Shown here in pieces: positions 28,795-32,000 of a stretch of 32,000 nt of DNA. The stretch covers positions 221,313 to 253,312 of the forward strand of contig NZ_CAUI01000015.1 in assembly GCF_000350165.1 (NCBI RefSeq), written 5' to 3'. This stretch comes from Halanaerobium saccharolyticum subsp. saccharolyticum DSM 6643. GTDB lineage: Bacteria; Bacillota; Halanaerobiia; Halanaerobiales; Halanaerobiaceae. Both the position numbers and the translations under genes were made by a program. The notes beneath the pieces were generated by a model that had not been told where the DNA came from, did not search any database, and was given only the letters and a program-made list of their open reading frames with translations. How positions within the stretch are numbered: position 1 is the first letter of the stretch; each line of letters opens with the position of its first letter.

Positions 28795-29883
28795 TCAGTC
28801 TCTGCTGCCGCTAATTTTTCTCTTAATATATTCTGGATCATTAGAACGCTTTATAGTTTCTTCATACTCAATTAAACCTTTTTGATATAAATCAACAAGA
28901 TAATTATCCATCATCACCATTCCATATTTAGCACCAGTCTGCATTGAAGATACAAGTTGGTGGGTTTTACCTTCACGAATAATGTTTTTGACAGCGGATG
29001 TAGCAATTAAAATTTCTAATGCCGCTATTCGTTTGCTGCCATCTGCTCTTTTCAATAACTGCTGTGAAATAACACCATTTAAGGCAGTTGCCAGCTGAAC
29101 TCTAACCTGATCCTGCTGATGAGATGGAAAAACATCGATTATTCTTTCTATAGTACTCGGCGCATCATTAGTATGCAGTGTTGCAAAGACTAGGTGCCCA
29201 GTTTCTGAAGCTTCTAAAGCAATTGAAATAGTCTCTAAATCTCTCATCTCACCTACAAGGATAACATCTGGATCCTGTCTCAAAGAAGCTCTCAAACCAT
29301 TGGCAAAAGACATTGTATCTGAGCCAACTTCCCGTTGATGCACAATACATTTTTTATGTGAGTGCAGATATTCAATTGGATCCTCTAAAGTTATAATGTG
29401 AGCCTGTTTGTTTTGATTAACCACATCTATCATTGCAGCCAGAGTAGTCGATTTACCACTACCAGTCGGTCCTGTACATAAAACAAGTCCATTTCTCTGC
29501 ATTGAAAGTCTTTTTAAAACATCTGGTAAACCTAATCCATCTATAGTTGGAATCTCACTTGGTATTATTCTTAAAGCTATAGATGTTGAGCCACGCTGAT
29601 GATAAGCATTAACACGAAAACGGCAATAACCAGGTATACTGTAAGAAAAATCAACCTCACCATCTCTAACAAAAATTTTCCACTGCTCATCATTCATTAA
29701 TTTTTTGGCGATATTATTTATTTCATCCATTTCTAGCGGAGCTGAAAATTCTTCCCGTACTTGAAGATCTCCATTATAGCGAATAATAGGTTTTTTCTTA
29801 ACTGTTAAATGTAGATCAGAAATAGCCGGATTATCTGATATTTCCTTCATCAATTCTATAACTTCCACAGGCAAAACCTCCAT
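28795..29883 (-). CDS. pilT: Twitching-motility retraction ATPase
   Basis: 362 aa with Walker A GPTGSGKSTT, Asp box, Walker B ILVGEMRD, His box ATLHTN and the PilT signature AVKNIIREGKTHQL. An alternative GTG start at 29868 has a perfect GGAGG RBS 8 nt upstream. Confidence 0.92.
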   Translation of the reverse strand: MEVLPVEVIELMKEISDNPAISDLHLTVKKKPIIRYNGDLQVREEFSAPLEMDEINNIAKKLMNDEQWKIFVRDGEVDFSYSIPGYCRFRVNAYHQRGSTSIALRIIPSEIPTIDGLGLPDVLKRLSMQRNGLVLCTGPTGSGKSTTLAAMIDVVNQNKQAHIITLEDPIEYLHSHKKCIVHQREVGSDTMSFANGLRASLRQDPDVILVGEMRDLETISIALEASETGHLVFATLHTNDAPSTIERIIDVFPSHQQDQVRVQLATALNGVISQQLLKRADGSKRIAALEILIATSAVKNIIREGKTHQLVSSMQTGAKYGMVMMDNYLVDLYQKGLIEYEETIKRSNDPEYIKRKISGSRD

Positions 29884-29896
29884 TCTAAATTAAATT

Positions 29897-31570
29897 TTAG
29901 TGAATAACACTTACCAGTTCATTATAGCTGGTAATCCCCTGACGAAGTTTTTCCTTACCATCCTCAAGTAATCCTTTCATACCATTTTCTCTAGCATAAC
30001 GCTTAAGTTCAGGTTCGTTGACTCCTTCTGTAATCATTTCTTCTAACTTAGTATCTATCTCTAAAATTTCGTGAATAGCAATTCTACCTTTATAACCATC
30101 AGTACAGCTTTCGCATTTTTCTTGAGAAGGGCGGTAAAGCTGATCCACATTATTATTTAAAAACTGTTTAACCTCTGGGCCAGGTTGATAACCTTCTTTA
30201 CAGTTAGGACAGAGTCTTCTAACAAGACGCTGGGCAATCACCCCAATAACTGTTGAAGCCACTAAATAGCCCGGAATTCCCATATCCATCAATCTAGTTA
30301 CAGCACTAACTGCATCATTTGTGTGCAAAGTACTTAAAACCAGGTGGCCTGTTAAAGCAGCTCTAATTGCAATTTCTGCAGTTTCTTCATCTCTGATCTC
30401 ACCAACCATTACTATATCCGGATCCTGTCTTAAAATAGATCTTAGGGTATTAGCAAAGGTTAGGCCAACTTTTTTATTAGCATGGACCTGATTCAGACCA
30501 TTTAACTGATATTCCACCGGATCCTCAATTGTTACAATATTTTTGGTCGGTGAATTAATTTCATTTAAAGCCGCAAATAAGGTTGTAGATTTACCACTAC
30601 CTGTTGGTCCGGTAGCTAATAAAATTCCATAAGGTTTTTTAATCAATCTATTAAACCTTTCCTTATTTTCTGCACTAAAACCTAACTTTTCTATATTTAA
30701 GAGGCTGTCATCCCTGTTTAAAAGTCTGATAACCACCTTTTCTCCATAAATTGTAGGTAGAGTCGAGACCCGCATATCTATCTGCATTCCCTTAAAGTTC
30801 ATCTGAATTCTTCCATCTTGAGGAATTCTGCGTTTAGTAATATCTAAGTCAGCAATAATTTTTAAACGAGAAATTAAAGCAGCCTGCGAATGTTTGGGAA
30901 TTGTAAGTTCCTCATGCAGGACTCCATCAACTCTGTAACGGACTCTAACACTACCTCTAAGCGGCTCAATGTGAATATCACTTGCCTTCGTGTGAATAGC
31001 CTGAGTTATAATCAAGTTGGTTAAGCGAACAATTGGTGCATCTTCTACCATCTGTCTTAACTGATCAAGCTCTGGCTCTTCATTCATTCCATATTGATCA
31101 AGACTATCAAAGATATCAGATGTATCAGTATCGATTAATGAATAAACCTGGTTAATTGCATTTATAATCTCCGAATGAGTTGCAATTGCTACTTCTATTT
31201 TCATACCGGAATTAACCTCTATATTTTCAATTGCTACTAAATCTGTTGGATCTTCCATTGCTACTTTTAAAAGATCATCTTCTATTTCATAAGGGACTGC
31301 ATTATGACGTCTAGCTAAATTTTCAGAAACATATTGAGAAAGGTGAGCATTTAATAAATAATTATTCAAATTAACCCTTGGAATACCCAGCTGATATTCT
31401 AAAACATCTATCAATTCTTCCTCAGATACATAACCTAATTTCTCTAATACTTCACCCAATCTCTGATCCATATCTTCCTGCTCAGATATTGCAGCTTCTA
31501 ACTCATTTTGAGTTATATAACCAAACTCAATTAGTAAATCACCAATTTTCTTTTTACTTTTAGCTCCCAT
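29897..31570 (-). CDS. pilB: Type IV pilus assembly ATPase with an MshEN-type N-terminal domain
   Basis: 557 aa. It has a T2SSE_N domain, Walker A GPTGSGKSTT, Walker B IVMVGEIRD, STLHTN and the tetracysteine motif CPNC...CESC. RBS GAGGAG. Confidence 0.93.
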   Translation of the reverse strand: MGAKSKKKIGDLLIEFGYITQNELEAAISEQEDMDQRLGEVLEKLGYVSEEELIDVLEYQLGIPRVNLNNYLLNAHLSQYVSENLARRHNAVPYEIEDDLLKVAMEDPTDLVAIENIEVNSGMKIEVAIATHSEIINAINQVYSLIDTDTSDIFDSLDQYGMNEEPELDQLRQMVEDAPIVRLTNLIITQAIHTKASDIHIEPLRGSVRVRYRVDGVLHEELTIPKHSQAALISRLKIIADLDITKRRIPQDGRIQMNFKGMQIDMRVSTLPTIYGEKVVIRLLNRDDSLLNIEKLGFSAENKERFNRLIKKPYGILLATGPTGSGKSTTLFAALNEINSPTKNIVTIEDPVEYQLNGLNQVHANKKVGLTFANTLRSILRQDPDIVMVGEIRDEETAEIAIRAALTGHLVLSTLHTNDAVSAVTRLMDMGIPGYLVASTVIGVIAQRLVRRLCPNCKEGYQPGPEVKQFLNNNVDQLYRPSQEKCESCTDGYKGRIAIHEILEIDTKLEEMITEGVNEPELKRYARENGMKGLLEDGKEKLRQGITSYNELVSVIH

Positions 31571-31663
31571 AATTTACTCCTCAATTAGTTTAATTATTTT
31601 TCTATCTATAAATTTTATATTATAATGTCGAAATATCTAGAATTACCTTGCTTAATTAATAAA

Positions 31664-31690
31664 GTTCTATATAGCTAATATTATTCCTGC
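31664..31690 (-). promoter_or_regulatory. Candidate sigma-H-like promoter between the riboswitch terminator and pilB
   Basis: Minus strand TTTTGCAGGAATA-atattagctat(11)-ataGAAC. The -35-like element is identical over 14 nt to the copy at 956-969. Confidence 0.33.
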
Positions 31691-31737
31691 AAAATTTTAA
31701 TCAAATTTTAATTTTATTTTAAAATTAAAGCTTTTTA

Positions 31738-31856
31738 GCAAAAAATTGCCATTAAAAAGTTCACTATGGCAATTTTTACCTGAGGTAAACATAACTATCA
31801 TAGGAAATCCCTTAGACTTATGTTTTTGCGTCACAGCCTTTAAACTGCTTTGCTAT
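31738..31856 (-). promoter_or_regulatory. GEMM-I (c-di-GMP-I)-like riboswitch aptamer plus intrinsic terminator, copy B, in the pilB leader
   Basis: Minus-strand RNA: AGCAAAGCAG-UUUAAAGG-CUGUG-ACGCAAAA-ACAUAA-GUCUAAGGGAUUUCCUAUGAUAG-UUAUGU-UUACC. It is followed by CCUCAGGU, then AUUGCCAU-13 nt-AUGGCAAU UUUUUUU. Colinear with copy A (shared GCAA, ACGCAAA, UCUA.GG, CUAUGAU, CCUCAGGU, terminator). Confidence 0.58.
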
Positions 31857-32000
31857 TATATATTTAACTTAAAGTATCCTCATTCTAATTTAATTATAAA
31901 ATTATTAATTTAAAAAGTATATTACCCAAAAGAGTAATTCTTACTTAATTATTTATTCTTCCTCTGCTTCAAGTTCTTTTTGTTCTATAATCTCCACTGC

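Noticed and set aside
15047-31570. Interpreting the locus as a type II secretion system or a ComG-type competence pseudopilus.
   Set aside because: The presence of pilT, pilMNO(P) and a major pilin with its own promoter fits T4aP. There are no GspC/L/M genes, and the layout is not ComG-like. A role of this T4P in DNA uptake cannot be excluded.
31626-31632. Spo0A 0A-box-like TGTCGAA in the pilB leader, with related TCGACA at the pilA -35 (27550-27555) and TGTCGAT at 14157-14163.
   Set aside because: A 7-mer is too short for significance in AT-rich intergenic DNA. One copy is simply the pilA -35 hexamer, and another lies in the spacer of the sigma-H-like element.
31681-31694. Sigma-54 promoter interpretation of the TTGCAGG motif.
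   Set aside because: TTGCA resembles the -12 element. However, no GG (-24 element, TGGCAC) lies 10-11 nt upstream in any of the three copies, and no enhancer-binding-protein gene is nearby.
31893-31921. Promoter for riboswitch copy B (TATACT-17-TATAAT).
   Set aside because: The -35 matches only 3 of 6 positions, and several alternative AT-rich hexamers are equally plausible. It was left unannotated pending TSS data.
31953-32000. Possible 3' end of another minus-strand CDS (...AVEIIEQKELEAEEE, stop at 31953-31955).
   Set aside because: Only about 15 codons are visible. That is insufficient to support a gene call or function.

Overview
AT-rich, Firmicute-like window in which nearly all genes are on the minus strand. 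All calls come from reading motifs by eye; no homology or covariance search was run.

**Right half (about 15.0-31.9 kb): type IVa pilus locus.** In transcription order it encodes pilB, pilT, pilC, pilA and pilD, then two minor pilins and a PilX-like protein, then pilM, pilN, pilO, a pilP-like gene and a pilQ secretin. A terminator follows. An internal promoter then drives two further modules, each with one PilX-like protein and two prepilins. That gives 10 pilin-like genes. A secretin plus a PilP-like gene in a Firmicute-like context suggests a diderm (outer-membrane-bearing) Firmicute such as Halanaerobiales or Negativicutes.

**Most interesting signal.** Two paralogous leader RNAs look like GEMM-I (c-di-GMP-I) riboswitch aptamers, each followed by an intrinsic terminator.
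- One sits upstream of pilB.
- The other sits behind an internal promoter in front of the accessory pilin modules.
- The PilB N-terminus also carries tandem MshEN-type c-di-GMP-binding motifs, so second-messenger control may act at both RNA and protein level.
- A sigma-H-like promoter motif recurs with identical geometry upstream of pilB (downstream of the riboswitch terminator), upstream of a second GspE-type ATPase gene at the left edge, and upstream of a LuxR-type regulator gene.

**Left half (1.1-13.4 kb): ordinary branched-chain amino-acid cluster.** The order is ilvE-ilvD, then ilvB-ilvN-ilvC-leuA-leuC-leuD-leuB-cimA. It contains both leuA and a citramalate synthase. The ilvB leader has a terminator, and its attenuator class is unresolved.

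No transposases, CRISPR arrays, tRNA or rRNA genes were seen.
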